A DNA stretch of 64,000 bases from Zootoca vivipara. Lineage: Eukaryota. The first letter of the stretch is position 1. Each line of letters begins with the position of its first letter. Below the pieces are notes generated by a model, which was not told the origin of the DNA, did no database searches, and saw only the letters and a program-made list of their open reading frames with translations. Location: NCBI RefSeq assembly GCF_963506605.1, contig NC_083276.1, positions 67,580,001 through 67,644,000 on the forward strand, read 5' to 3'. Made by a program: the position numbers and the translations under genes. This document shows positions 24,293-40,820 of the stretch, piece by piece.

Positions 24293-24898
24293 CTATAACA
24301 AAACAAAGTGTTAAAAGAATAAAAAGAAAACCTGACATTCAACTATTTTACTTTCATTAGCCCCAGCTACATGGCCAATGTTCAGGGATAATGGAAGCTG
24401 TAGCTTGGAAACACCTGGATGGCAACAGGTTCTGTATTCCTGTATTAGATGGCTGTGGGGTGATGGCTGTATCAGCTACCTCTTCTAATTAGATGGCAGA
24501 CAATCACACAAAAGCAATTTAAAATGACAAAGTTTAAGAAAACCTGAAGTACAATACAGAATGTCAGTAGACTACAACTGAATTTAGATGTAACCAATCA
24601 GACATGTTGTTACATGCCCTGGCCTTCCTTGCATATGAAGGAAAGAAGTCTGAAACTTCTATTCTCTGTTGGTACGGTAACTGCTATTTCGAGTTTTGTT
24701 TTGCATATGAGTAACTATAGTATGTTCAAACCACACAATTAAGCCAGAATGTCAAACCAGGATCCTAGTTCGGTCAATTATTTTCAATGCTTAGAAGCGT
24801 AATTAATCTTGTTACCTTTGATCCCAAATTACTGCAATTCCGCTAAACCAAAATACCAATTAATGATTTACTTATTTTTTTTTAAAAAAAACACATAC

Positions 24899-24995
24899 TG
24901 CTTTTTTCCTTTCAGTCTTTGCTGGGCGACGTTTTTTAGGTCTGGGTGCACTTTCATTTTCATCATCATCAGTACCATCACCTGCCTTTTGGGGT
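24899..24995 (-). CDS. CTR9: CTR9 exon 23 (PQKAGDGTDDDENESAPRPKKRRPAKTERKKA)
   Basis: Within ORF 24872..25078; less common aag acceptor, gtatgt donor; 97 nt restores phase. Confidence 0.88.
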
Positions 24996-25424
24996 CTTTG
25001 GGGAAAAATACAAGACACATATAAACACAAAGTGCAATTCAGTTCAGTCTTATAAGTACTGTATAGTATCCTAATCAAATTACTACATGTGAACTAATCC
25101 TGTGTTCTTGTTCCTAACATGTTACGTCAGGTGTGGCATATACTAGACACCATGGGATCTCAACATTCTTTAGGCATACAAAAGCATTTAAATGAAGACA
25201 CACCCAAGATGTTTTGACTCCCCCACAACCCCATCCTACCCAAGCTCCTTGTGGCCCATCAAAAGCTTCTCTAAGTTTCCTTGAGTTTGGGAAGTGATGC
25301 ATCAGGCAGCGGTTTGAGGGACATAAGGGAGAGGGGAGCTCAGAAGCTCTATTGTGCTAATAAAAAGTCCTCTAGAGTCCTCTGAATCCCCACCAAAGGA
25401 GTTCTGCTCTTTATTTCTACTTAC

Positions 25425-25579
25425 TTTCGTCGCTTCTTTTTCTTTCTCTCCCCCTCTTCTTCCTCACCATCTTGTTCACTACCGCTACCCTTTCTCCTCT
25501 TTTTCTTTCTAGACACTGGGAGATCTTCATCACTGTCATCATTGACAAATTCATCAAATTCCCCAGTACGTTTGGAACG
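25425..25579 (-). CDS. CTR9: CTR9 exon 22 ([31 protein letters not shown]...)
   Basis: cag/gtaagt boundaries; 155 nt. Confidence 0.93.
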
Positions 25580-26338
25580 CTGTCACAAAATCAGAAACAC
25601 TTCCTTTATTAGTTGCTGCTTGAAAAGATCCCCCAAACAAAATTAACCCTTTTAGAAGCCACATTAGATGCACGTAAAGTTGTATTAGATTTGATCTTTT
25701 ATTTAAGAAATTTCTATGCAGAACTTCTGTATCACAAATAAAGAACAGCAGAATTAAACTGTGATAATCAAAATTAAGACAGGTGACAAATAGATAAAGG
25801 CCCATGAATAAAAAAATCAATATAGAGAGAAGGAAGAACAGTACAATGTTAAGAAGCTGATAATCAACTGCAGTAAAGGGAAAAAATGCAAGAAGATAGG
25901 AAGAGTATTTGGACATTAGTTATACTCTGAAACAGCTTTCAGTTGATGTACTAAAAAGAGAAGTAGTGGTGGTAAGTGACAGAATACAATGATACATTCT
26001 TATGCTGGATGTTAGTAGACTATCAGGGGAACAGAAAAGGTAAATCAGCCTATGTGAGTCAATTCCCTTTAAAGTTAAAAAAGAAAACCACTTCTCTTTG
26101 CACTTCTAAATAAATCCACGACATTCTAAACTGGCAAAACAGAAGTTTAAACATCTTTCCAACTCTTGTCTTTAAACATCTTTCCAACTATTTCTCCATA
26201 GTTCTTTCCATGTAAAGTATGATGTCATTACTGTACTCTTGTCAGACCCCACAGGACAATTTTACAATAAGTTAAAGCCTGACACCACAGTTCAATTATT
26301 TGGGGTAAATGATAAATCCAAAAGCTTTTATTTTGTAC

Positions 26339-26482
26339 CCGGCCAGCTCCACCACGTTTTTTCTCCTTAGATACTTCAACTTCTCCAGTGAACATCAGAA
26401 TATTCTTGGTCTTCTCCACATACTGTGCTCTCTGTTCCAAAAGTTTCTTTTGTTCTTCTATTTCCCTGAGGCGTTTTTCTTC
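26339..26482 (-). CDS. CTR9: CTR9 exon 21 ([31 protein letters not shown]...GGAGR)
   Basis: Overlaps ORF 26228..26440; cag/gtacaa boundaries; 144 nt. Confidence 0.93.
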
Positions 26483-26752
26483 CTGAAAGAGTGAGGAAAA
26501 CCTGGCTACTATGCTTTTTTCCTCCCCTACAGTACTGATGCAGATATGAAAAACACAAATTTAGCAACAGACACCTAAAACAGGTTCATTCCTTTTAGTA
26601 AGTCAGACTACCTGCTGAAGAGTCACTTGGGTTCTTCATGATGCAAAGCCCTGACAGTGCATGAGCTGCCTTTGAAAGGTCTGCTCTGAAACAAAATGAA
26701 AGCCCACTGCATATAGCATGTTGCAAAGACTCTTGCACTGAAAAATCAGGTA

Positions 26753-26962
26753 CAGACAACCTTGGTTGTCAAACGCCTTGGTACTCGTACATTTCGGCTC
26801 CCGAAATATCGAAACCTGAAAGTAAAGTGTTCTGGTTTTCTTTTCTTTTTTTGGAAGCTAAATGTCCTGCAGCCAATCAGAAGCTGCGCTTTGGTTTCTG
26901 AACGTGTTGGAAGTCGAACGGACTTCCGGAACAGATTCCGTTCGACTTCCAAGGTATGACTG
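26753..26962. mobile_element. Tc1/mariner (Tigger-like) MITE
   Basis: ta|cag..accttgg ... ccaaggtatgactg|ta; CpG-rich interior. Confidence 0.75.
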
Positions 26963-26967
26963 TACTG

Positions 26968-27192
26968 CTATTTATTATGTATTTTGTTTATAACCCACCT
27001 TTTTCTCCAAGAAGCTCAAGGTGGCATCCATGGTTCTCTGCCCCCACAATTAATCCCTGCAACAACCCTGCCTGGTAGGTAAGGCTAAGAAGTTGTGACT
27101 GGCCCAAGGTCACTCAGTGAGGTTCATGACTGAGTGGGGATTTGAACCCTGAACTCCCAGGTCCTAGTCCAGCACTCTGACCACTACACCAC
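26968..27192 (-). mobile_element. MIR/CORE-like tRNA-derived SINE
   Basis: tRNA-like head (gtggtgtagtggtcagagtgctggac...ggttcaaatcccc), CORE-like acaaccctg/ggcccaaggtcac segment, AT-rich tail. Confidence 0.75.
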
Positions 27193-27434
27193 ATCAGATA
27201 GGTGGCAGTGCACATAGTGCAATACTTACCTAGTTCCTAGTTACCAAAACCAACACCCCCTTCCAAATCTATTTCAGCTGCAAAACCTATACAACATAAT
27301 ACACAGGCAAGTCCCCCTAAGTGCCACACAACAACTTAAAGCACCTCACTGTAGCCTTACACTTGCTCCCTATCTTGCACTTTGCTGCAGCTTAATGGAT
27401 AGTATTATGCACTATTACAGCAGCAGAAAGACTA

Positions 27435-27596
<162 letters not shown>

Positions 27597-28244
27597 TTAG
27601 CAGACAGAAGCAGAAACCTTTTTTTAAAAAAGAGTGTTCCATGCCAATGGCCAAGATCGAAATACAGAGTGTAGCTGGAAAACTGCTTGTGCTTACTTGG
27701 TTAAACAACAAGAACACAATATAAGGAAAAACTGTCTATGCAGCAAGTTCCCCCAAACAGTCCATGATCAAAACTTACAGCTCATAATTTGTATGCAGAG
27801 GAACAAATCATTGACCTAAGTTCAGATGACAAGATGAGGCTTGCAATTTGTTGCTTGATTTGAGGGCAAGAACAGGGCAGAAGCAAAGCAGGGACTTATG
27901 AGCAGCATGTACCAGCATCCAGCTCATTCACTTCAAACCATTGTTAAACATTAAACTATGGCTTATTGTGACATGTGAACACAACCAATGTTGCATGTCC
28001 ACATCTGCCAGTTCCTAGCTAACCAACAGAGGACTGGTCACTGTCAGCTTCCTGTTCAGGAGAGATGTGTGACCTGAATTAGCACCCCACTGGAACATAG
28101 AATCATGTTATGATTATATGTAGTTTGCTTTCAAACTGGTATAAAAGTAGCCCAAATCCTACAACTCATGTTATGCAAATTCACATAATGCATTTAGATT
28201 CTGTAGGCATCAGTTATGTGAAGTACACAACACATGGTTCTTAC

Positions 28245-28316
28245 CTGGCTTCAGTTGCAGCAAGTGCCAAATCAAATCTCATTTTATCTCCCACTTTGCT
28301 CAAGTAACTGAAGTAT
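28245..28316 (-). CDS. CTR9: CTR9 exon 19 (YFSYLSKVGDKMRFDLALAATEAR)
   Basis: cag/gtaaga boundaries; 72 nt. Confidence 0.95.
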
Positions 28317-29637
28317 CTGAATGGAAAACACTAAGTTAAGAATCAAATTTTAAACACCTCAGTTGCATCCTAGAACTTCCTTCACATGTATTTTTTAATT
28401 AATATTTGTATACGATCAAATGCCACTAAATAGTAATATTTTATTTTGGACACCTTAGCTTGTTTAATGTCTCACACATCAAAATACACTTTCCAATTGA
28501 AAAATATTCCCAAAGTACTTTGGATGCATCTCACTTCTCAGTATAAAGTCAACAGAAAAATCCCTATAGCTATTAATGGATTTGGATTGCATGGTGTACC
28601 CTTTCTGTGAAGGACTGAATCATTCTCACAGATGCTCAGGGAAAGTCTTGGAGATGTTGCAGAACCTGTCAAACAACTGTTTAATGGAAATCTCAAGCAA
28701 ATGAGACTGAGAGAGGAGGCAGGTTATTTGGCACAGGTAATCATGCTCACACCCGTAAATATTGCAAAAAGCACTGTAACACTATGAGAAAAAACAATTG
28801 CCTGCATATATACAGTGAAGCATGAAGTATAAATAGAAGCGTGCATCTTTTAAACAAGCTTCCAGCATAGAAGCAATATAGCTACCAAGTCCAAAGTCAT
28901 AGGTTGCTTCTGTTTGGAGTGCCCTGGTGTCTAAAAACTGTCCTCTTGTGTGCCAAGAAATACAGCAACCTTTGAAGGTCACGGCAGCTGGATGCTATTC
29001 TGAAAGCCTATCCTTCACCTTCTAGCTCCCAGTTCTTTCTAGGCTCTCTTGGGAACTTTCATGACTGCTGCTCCTACTGCATGTTAATTGCCCATCCAGC
29101 TGCAGCTCCAGAGATTAGCAACTGGAGGTTATTGAAGCAAGAAGAAAGTCTTTCAACTTTCTGTAAGTATCATTCATTCATTTTTTGGAAGCTATTACAT
29201 AGTGAGGCTCAATTTCAAACTTGAAGATGCATCTTTTCATACAGACCTTAGTTCAGTATATTTATATTTTACTGAGAGTTGCTGCTGTTGGATTGGGCAG
29301 TTTCAAGTCTGTTCTTTTTCTGTATATTGGATATACTGAAGAGTTTTAGCTGTATCTGTAGACTGGATGTTTTTGTGTTTCCAAGTTTTATTACATAAAC
29401 CACTCTAGCGGGTTTTGTGTAAAAAGCAGTAAATAAACTGAATTAACAAAATAAATTCAACAGTGTATGGTAGTTAAGAGACAGCATCTGGCAGATCTGA
29501 GAGGTCTACCTGAGTCTAAACACATTTATGAAGCTGTGCAAAGAAATAACTAGAGTTTGGCATTTGCTCTGACACCTTCACAAAACACCAGCACAATGCA
29601 ATAATAGATACCAAAATAGCAAATGCAGATTTGCTTA

Positions 29638-29784
<147 letters not shown>

Positions 29785-29816
29785 CTAAAGATTCAAATAA
29801 AACTTTAAATTTATCA

Positions 29817-30035
<219 letters not shown>

Positions 30036-30726
30036 CTACAAGGGAGAAAATTCAATGGTTTTATGTTTAAACCCTCATTTTGATTGAAATGTTGCACTTA
30101 ATAACATTGAATGAAGAACTTAAAACAGATTTCACAGGAATTTACAGCCCAATCCTAATATTGTTTGTTTGGTTAAGTCCTTTGGAGTTCCACAGGGCTC
30201 AGAGAAAAATTTAACAGGATGCTAATCATGTCTTCTCCATATGCATGACTCTTTTTCTCAACTTCAAATAGCAGGCACATGGGAAGGATTGTTTAAAAAA
30301 TCTTTTCCTCCCACACTGCAACCTTGAAAAATCCCCCCGAACCTGCACAGTAAGGAAGCTCTCATTGCTGCCAATAACTAATTAAATGACTAATAAGTTA
30401 TGAGGTCTACTGTTTGTGTCTACTAAGACGTCTGCAGCTCTTCATTAGAGCAAGAATCCAGACAGTAAGCACTGCAACGCAATGCGTTGCTAACTTCAAG
30501 CCTAGAAGCCTCAGATACTTCAGGCAATATGAGGTTTCCACTTCTTTGCTTGGAATACATCATCTGAACAGTCACTGCTGAAATTTATTATGCAAGTTTC
30601 AAGGCAGGGGAAAAATATGGGTTGTATCCAAAGCTGCACCTGCAGTCAACACCCATTTCACTAAGGTGTGATATATAGTTTGTGTGTGGGGGGTGGTGGT
30701 GGTGGTTTTTTTTACAGAATGTAGAG

Positions 30727-30855
30727 CGTAGAATCATAGAGTTGGAAGGGACCCTGAGGATCTTCTAGTTCAACCCCCTGCAATGCGGGAATATGCAGTT
30801 GCTCAAACCTACAACCTTGCCATTATCAGCACCATGCTCTACCCAACTGAGCTAT
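30727..30855 (-). mobile_element. tRNA-derived SINE with CR1-like 3' tail
   Basis: tagctcagttgggtagagcatggtg head; agaatcatagagttggaagggacc CR1-type tail. Confidence 0.7.
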
Positions 30856-31319
30856 CTGGTCCAGTGTTTTTCAGACTCCATATCCAGGCGCATTTTTCTC
30901 TCAGCTACAAATCTGTGAAAGAATCCCTACTTGGGCTGCAGTCCAGACCCCTTGGGCCTACCCTATGCAAACTAGGGAGAAGTGCGGGCCAACCCTTTCT
31001 TGCACTTGTGCCCTGTAGGGAATGATCTGCTGGAGAGTCTTGCTTCTCAGGAAAGCTTGTCTGCCTTTGTTCATCTTCCTTTAAGGCAGTTTTCTAAGGA
31101 AGCCAGTGTTCACAATAACACTGTCTGAAAATCACATTAACTAGACTATATGACAACAAAGGGGAACCATTCACCTTGTACCCTGCACAGATTTAGAATA
31201 CCACTATTCCAACTTGGTTCAAATTAAGATTATATCGCCAATAAGTAGGTTTTCCAATGCAAATAATACAATTTTGTAATGATTTAAATACACATTATGC
31301 AAGAGTAGAGATAAAGAAA

Positions 31320-31412
31320 ATAAAAATAAAAAATCCTTCCAGTAGCACCTTAGAGACCAACTAAGTTTGTCATAGGTATGAGCTTTCGTGTGCATGCACA
31401 CTTCTTCAGATA
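31320..31412 (-). mobile_element. Penelope-like element terminal fragment with minimal hammerhead ribozyme motif
   Basis: - strand: TAT-CTGAAGA-A-GTGTGCATGCACAC-GAAA-GC-TC-ATA then ..ttagttggtctctaaggtgctactgg. Confidence 0.75.
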
Positions 31413-31575
31413 TTATAGGTTCCTCACTACTTTCAAAATTCCTATTGTGCTAAGTTTCTTGACTGCAAATGCTGAAATACTCTCCCATATTCGTGGATAG
31501 TACATTACTGGTTTTCTTTCTTGCGCAATTATTCAGCTGGATTATTCCTCACTGCTTTTTGAACATACCAACTTA

Positions 31576-31743
31576 CAGTGGTACCTCGCAAGACGAATGC
31601 CTCGCGCAACGAAAAACTCGCAAGATAATTTTTTTTGCGGGTTGTTTTTTTTTGCCACGGCAAACTGCGCTTTGCAAGACGAAATTATTGCAAGACGAAG
31701 CGACTCGCGGAACAAATTAATTTCGTCTTGCAAGGCATCACTG
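31576..31743. mobile_element. Tc1/mariner (Tigger-like) MITE
   Basis: TIR cagtggtacctcgcaagacgaa / ttcgtcttgcaaggcatcactg; TA TSD. Confidence 0.82.
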
Positions 31744-32794
31744 TATATTGGTGTTAATTTCATGGAACTGTTCATGTCACTTGACGTGTTTTTAAGAGTG
31801 GGAGAAAAACATTTCTCCAACACCCCAGCTGCTTTTATTTTGACCCCCACTTCATATCTCCTGCTTACATAATAAATTCAGGAACACAGATGATAGTAGC
31901 TCAACATTTCATGTCTTTTTAGTGCAATGACATTGCCAATACTAGGAAACTGGAAGTTTGTCTGCTTAAGGCTTGATACAGAGCCTCTAATACATTCGCT
32001 AAGCCAGTACAGGCAGCTTAGGGCTCATTTGCCCACTATGTTTTCATGGCATTTTCTACACCAGGTTGTAGTTTGAACACACTTCCTTGGTGAAGTTTGT
32101 TCCCATCCTTGTGCTTTCAGCTACAAAGTCCTCTTAACATGTTGTATAAAGGTCAATAAAGGAAAAGAATAGCAAATTAAAAGGAAAGATAAATTTGTTT
32201 GTTCAAAGTAAAAAAGAAGAAGTATATACTGTAATGTCTGGCAACGATTTCTGCCTAATAATTTACCATAGTCAAATTAAATACCTCTAACTAGCATTTC
32301 AGCTGTATCTAACACAGAGAATTATGCTTAAGTGAGAAGTGGGGCAAACATTGTTTTGCCAATATGTACTAAGTAAGTTTTGTTCAGGATGTTTACCCTA
32401 AAGTTTCTACAGGAACAGCAAACACATTAACTTCTTTGCAGTTGTTTTTTTAAGTGTTCTCTCACACACCCTCCATCCATTATTTATTTATTTACGGTAT
32501 TTTTATTAAAGAGATGTTTCATCTGGTGATTCATATTTGTAGCTTAGGTTTAACAGAGATGGCTCCTTATTGATTTTATGATGATCATATTTAAGAAAAG
32601 GTATTTTATGGCAATCCGGGGGGGGGGGGGAGTCCTTGATCTTATCGCCCCCTCTAAAACAAGGAAATTTCTCTCTAAATTTTAGTTATTTAATTTAATA
32701 AGGGGCTACTATACTAAAGATTTTTCTTAAAAAAAGGACTCATTCCCATGAAAAATACTTTCTTATCTTTACACTTTAAAAAACAGACTGTCTA

Positions 32795-32998
<204 letters not shown>

Positions 32999-33001
32999 CT
33001 A

Positions 33002-33151
<150 letters not shown>

Positions 33152-33505
33152 CTACAAAAATGATGACATGAAATCTTGTTAAAGTGGGTTATTTGCAATT
33201 CAAATATTTCAACACTGCTTTCTAAAACCATCAAATGTTGACAATACACTAAAGCTACAGCAATATAAGCACCTAACATCCTCAGAAAGTTCAGTCAACC
33301 AAAAACCTTTTGAAAGAGAGAGATATTCTAGCTAGCCCCTGTTAAGATAGCAAAGGAAGATATTCATGGTCGCAATCACTGTAAAAACTCTGCTTCCTGT
33401 TGTTGCTGTTCAAAGCTACTGCAAAGTCAGCACAGATGGTAAAAATGGCTCTCCGGACCTCACTTGGTCTATAGTGCGAATAATGCTCAATCACTGAACT
33501 GGCTA

Positions 33506-33802
<297 letters not shown>

Positions 33803-34126
33803 TTAGAGTAACTGTAACAGTAACAGTGCAGAAGAGCATTATAATATTAAAAAGTCTTTACTAAGTTCAGCTATTTGATTCCCCTCCCTTTAAACAGTTT
33901 ACTTCTCTTCCATTCAGGTCAAGCGTTGGGAGTAATGCTCAAAAGCAGCTGCCAGGAATGTTTCCCTGTGTACCCCAGCTAGTCACAATAAAGATACATT
34001 ATCAAAATGCAATTTCTAGCACAGCATGAAGGCTGAATAGCTAATCTATGTGGGACACAGGAAAATGATTTCTGCCGTCTTCAAAGAAAATGTTAACTTG
34101 CAGCCTGTAAGCTAGTTGATAGTTTA

Positions 34127-34258
<132 letters not shown>

Positions 34259-34876
34259 TCAAAGGCCCAGTTCTGGAAGTCATTAAAGATGAGGCATGTC
34301 TGCTGCAACAAGCATTTAGATGTACTGATGCCACACTGGCTTAAGACAGCAGTAGATTGGGTCAGCGTAACTGTGCAACAAACAGCCACTGATCGCCAGA
34401 TGTATAATAAAAAAAAGTTTTGTCACTCTGAATTGACCATAGAAAAAGGGGCTTGGTGGGGGCAACACTAATCACCTTCACATGATCCTTAAATTATATG
34501 GGAAGAATGCAGAACCCACCACTTATAGTTGCAATCTCTCTCATGGTACTAAACTGAAACATAACAAAGAAGGCTGCTCTGTTTCAAGGTAACTTGCACA
34601 ATGTATTCCATCTACCGCATATCTTTTATATATACACACAATATCAGTATCATGGTGAGCTTTAAAAACTTTCTGGGTTATGTGTATTTACAGAGGCTTT
34701 TATAGGAACTTCTCATATTTGCTATTTACACACACATCGAAAGTGAGGAAAAATTGAGCGGTTTAGACTTCTAAATCAATAAAATAATGCCATTATTTAA
34801 GGACATCAGAATTGTAGGAAAAAGTTAGTGGAAAAAAATACTTTTGACCAGGAAGGTACATTCTGCTTGCAGTTTA

Positions 34877-35447
<571 letters not shown>

Positions 35448-35489
35448 TCAAATTTAGAGATGGCAGAAAAGCGCACAGGTTTAGTTCTA

Positions 35490-35633
<144 letters not shown>

Positions 35634-36741
35634 CTATAAAATACAAAGGTTATTTATGTATGTGTACACTCTTAAATTGCCAGAAGACACAACATAATAC
35701 AGTAAAGCTACCATTTATTTTACATTTTTAATGCCAAAGATAGGATTCTTGACTAGGTCAGAGGCATTTCAATAAAGTTAATAAACTCCAGATGTACAGA
35801 CATTAACTACCATAATAATAATAAAAAATCTTGTTAAACTGACCCAACTATTAAACATGAGAATGAAAGTTTGCCAGATTAACAATTTTCAATATACAGC
35901 ATCTTACTATGGTGTTCCGGGACAGCATCACAGTGTGAAATTTCCTAATCTGTGGAACAAATGTCCTCCATGTTCTTGCTTTTCCTTGATAAAGCAATAC
36001 TTTACTGATGTATACCACTCAACTAGAGCCATTAAAAATAAATCTCTGTCAATTCAGTGAAATTACCCTGCACCACAATGAACATTGTGTTACTAATGCC
36101 TAAAATGTTAGAATAGATAAACCACAGAACTCAAAGTAGATGATGGGTATTTGAACTAGAAAGAAGTGCTAGCTCTCACTTATGAATATACATATTGCAT
36201 GAAAACAGTTCACACATCAGTAAGCTCATTTACCCAAGCTTCTGGTGTTTTTTGTTGTATTGAAAGAGGGGAAATTCTCTGTTACTCAGCTGTACCACAT
36301 ATGTCTGTCTAGTCAGCGACCAACCATAGATTTTGTTTTCCAGAGGGTTCCAAATATCCCACAATTATACCCACTGTTGAAGGGGAAAAAATCTCCAGAT
36401 AGCACAACACTAAGACCTGCTTCAGATGCAATGCTAAGCCAAACATATGGGCTCCCGGTGCAAAGACCTCAGCCACAGTGCTCCAGCCGCCCACCCCCAT
36501 CCTGTTGCTTCTGGGCTATCCAGGGCTAAGCCATAGTTTGGCTTAGCATTATGTGCAAACCCAGGTTTGTGGTTTGTCTTACGGTTTGTTCTTGGTTTAC
36601 TAGAACATGCATATTTGCACTAAGCTATTGGGTTAGCGTTATGGGGAAAACAGGCATAACAGTATAATATACTCTACAGTTGTGTACTCAGTTCTGTACC
36701 ATTGAGTTCAATAAGGCTTACTCCTAAGTAAGAGAGTATTA

Positions 36742-37017
<276 letters not shown>

Positions 37018-37048
37018 CTAATGCAGGGGAAGAAAAAGAAGTCGTTTA

Positions 37049-37291
<243 letters not shown>

Positions 37292-37808
37292 CTAGAAACC
37301 TGATCTTTCAATGTTTTAAATATCACACATGGTTCTTATATATTAAAATCCTCAAGCATTTGGAGGATGCAACTCTGGAAACTGAAGCAATTATATATAA
37401 CCAAAATACCTATTTACTTCTTGCTTATACACTACTTTCTCCATGTGAATGTGATATAGAGAAGCCTGAGGAATGTGCGCTTAGAAACTTCAACAGCACT
37501 GCAACTAGTGTGAACCAATCTCAACTAGCATGAAAGGGTGTATGTATATATTAAATATATGTTATATTTAACAACAATAATCACAAAATAAGAAATAGCT
37601 TAGGCAATCCTGGCCAACGTATTATTTTAAAACAATAACACTGAAGCCTGGTTCTTCTTCGTCTTTAGTTAAAAACATTATTCTGAGATTCAAATTAACT
37701 GTGTTACCATGAGTGTTATAAAGAATATTGAAATAGAAAGCCTGATCAGTTATGAAACGGCCTAAAGACTTTCAACTAGCAACTCAAAACATCCACAAGT
37801 TCTCTTAC

Positions 37809-37916
37809 CTTTTTGAAGAAGAAGTGATTAGCCAAGTGGTTCAGCACCATAGGGTTACTAGGATCAATTGTATATGCTCTAGAAAGCAGCTGGACGCCAT
37901 TTTTTATGGAATCCGC
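37809..37916 (-). CDS. CTR9: CTR9 exon 7 ([36 protein letters not shown])
   Basis: cag acceptor, gtaaga donor; 108 nt. Confidence 0.95.
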
Positions 37917-38355
37917 CTGAAAGCAACATTAACAGAAATTTTTATTTCTGCTTAAAACTTAATTAGCTTTTCAGCTGTTCCTTTACTATACCATTTCCAA
38001 AACCATTCTTTTTTAAATGGATGAGTCACATAATGGGCAAACAATGCAGTAGACTATGTATTGTTGAAAACTTTTGCCCAATACATTCAGAAGATCATGT
38101 GTTTGATCCAAGATCCTAGTGTAAAAAAAAAAATCCTGTCACTAGTCAATGGCTAATGATTCATATTTAAACCAGCTCTATTTTAATTACTGTCTTTATA
38201 GCTTATTTTATTTCTCATAATTAGAGAAAACTAAATATGCATTCATTAAAATGGGGAACAGTGGTTTTTATTTCAACTGCCATTAATTTTCATGTCTGCA
38301 CAGAAGTCTTCGTAACTAGACATTCAATGAAACATATTCTAATATTAGCATTTTA

Positions 38356-38556
<201 letters not shown>

Positions 38557-39254
38557 TTAGAACATAGCCATTCACACCTCAATTGCCTTTTAAGAAACGT
38601 AGGTTCATAATTTACTGTTTCTAGAGACCTTAAATCTCTACTTGGCACTTTATGATAGCAATAATTTGCAACAGTCCCTGCCCACAGACTTTCAAACTAA
38701 TAAGTAAAGGTTTGTACTTATCCTGAGCTCTCTTCAGGCATGACGCCCATCATGCAAGGAGAAGAAAGATGGAGACAAGTGTGCTAGCTCCAACTCATGT
38801 GCCCATCTCCAGTGCCCTCCTGTGTTGGAGAGCAAGTGTCTGCAGAGGGGAGCCTGCTGTACTCGTGTCGGCTGCATGATTAGAGTTCTAAATTGCATGG
38901 GGAGACCACATAAATACAGAAGGCTTCGTGCTGCAGATGCTTGCCTTCCAAAGAATGGAGGATGGCAGAGAAAGGCACAGTGACTCAAGAGAGAAGGCAG
39001 AGATAGTGTGCTTGTTCTTGCTCTCCCTCACATCCTAACTGCATTTGGGAAACTAATGCACAAAAGAGTGAGAGAGGAGTCCTCCAGTGGCTTGCTTGCA
39101 TGCCCCCCACTCCTTCACATATTTTACCCCTCATGTGTCCAGATGAACACCAATTCTTGGTTGCATGAATAACTTTTTTTAAAAAAGAATTAGAAAATAA
39201 GGGTCTATTACTGGCTTCAAATTACAGCAGCAACACAAATGACAATAATAAAGA

Positions 39255-39456
39255 GTAAAGGTAAAGGGACCCCTGACCATTAGGTCCAGTCGTGACCGAC
39301 TCTGGGGTTGCGCGCTCATCTCGCATTATTGGCCGAGGGAGCCGGCGTATAGCTTCCAGGTCATGTGGCCAGCATGACAAAGCCGCTTCTGGCAAACCAG
39401 AGCAGCACATGGAAACGCCGTTTACCTTCCCGCTGTAGCGGTTCCTATTTATCTAC
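39255..39456 (-). mobile_element. Sauria SINE 3' part in CTR9 intron 5
   Basis: Near-identical reverse complement of 1953-2155. Confidence 0.9.
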
Positions 39457-39989
39457 AGTACTTGCATAGTAAGAAGAGGATATTATCTCACTCTGTAGGC
39501 AGGCTTTTCTAGAGAACACACAACTTTTAACAATGAATTCTTAAAAAATTTTTTAATAAACACTACAGATTAATATGCCAGCAAAATTCTGAACTCAGCG
39601 TTGGAAATGAGCTTCAGGGCTCAGAAAGCATGCCTCAAAACGAGTGAGCTCCACAAGGCATAAAGTTATTTTACAGCTTGAAATAATATTTGAGCCAAAG
39701 AAAAAAGTCTAGCTTCCCCAGTCCACCTCCACCCCTTGTCAAATTTGATTTTGGAAAACTATAGATCCAGGAACTCTCCCGTGAGGCAGAAATATGCTCA
39801 GTGGCTGAGCATATGTTCTGCATATGAAAGGTCATAAAAGAATAGGTCCGTCACTGGCTGCTAGTGATAATGTCTCTATTGGATCTCAAGGCTCAGTGGC
39901 AGTATTCCAATGAATACCAGTTGCTGGTTAGTGGGGTGGGGTGGGGGAGAGATGCTATTACCTTGAAATGCATCTAGGTAAGCTAATTC

Positions 39990-40820
39990 CTCCAAGCAGG
40001 AATTAAGATTGCCGGAAGAAATATCAACAACCTCAGATATGCAGATGACACAACCTTGATGGCAGAAAGTGAGGAGGAATTAAAGAACTTTTTAATGAGG
40101 GTGAAAGAGGAGAGCGCAAAATATGGTCTGAAGCTCAACATCAAAAAAACCAAGATCATGGCCACTGGTCCCATCACCTCCTGGCAAATAGAAGGGGAAG
40201 AAATGGAGGCAGTGAGAGATTTTACTTTCTTGGGCTCCTTGATTACTGCAGATGGTGACAGCAGTCACGAAATTAAAAGACGCCTGCTTCTTGGGAGAAA
40301 AGCAATGACAAACCTAGACAGCATCTTAAAAAGCAGAGACATCACCTTGCCGACAAAGGTCCGTATAGTTAAAGCTATGGTTTTCCCAGTAGTGATGTAT
40401 GGAAGTGAGAGCTGGACCATAAAGAAGGCTGATCGCCGAAGAATTGATGCTTTTGAATTATGGTGCTGGAGGAGACTCTTGAGAGTCCCATGGACTGCTA
40501 GAAGATCAAACCTATCCATTCTTAAGGAAATCAGCCCTGAGTGCTCCCTGGAAGGACAGATCGTGAAGCTGAGGCTCCAATACTTTGGCCACCTCATGAG
40601 AAGAGAAGAATCCTTGGAAAAGACCCTGATGTTGGGAAAGATTGAGGGCACTAGGAGAAGGGGACGACAGAGGACAAGATGGTTGGACAGTGTTCTCGAA
40701 GCTACGAACATGAGTTTGACCAAACTGCGGGAGGCAGTGGAAGACAGGAGTGCCTGGCGTGCTATGGTCCATGGGGTCACGAAGAGTCGGACACGACTAA
40801 ACGACTAAACAACAACAACA
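39990..40820 (+). mobile_element. 5'-truncated BovB-like RTE LINE in CTR9 intron 5 (RT C-terminal part)
   Basis: IKIAGRNINNLRYADDTTL motif then open ORF 40056..40808; (AAC)n tail; candidate TSD aagcta at 39980-85 and 40821-26. Confidence 0.93.
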
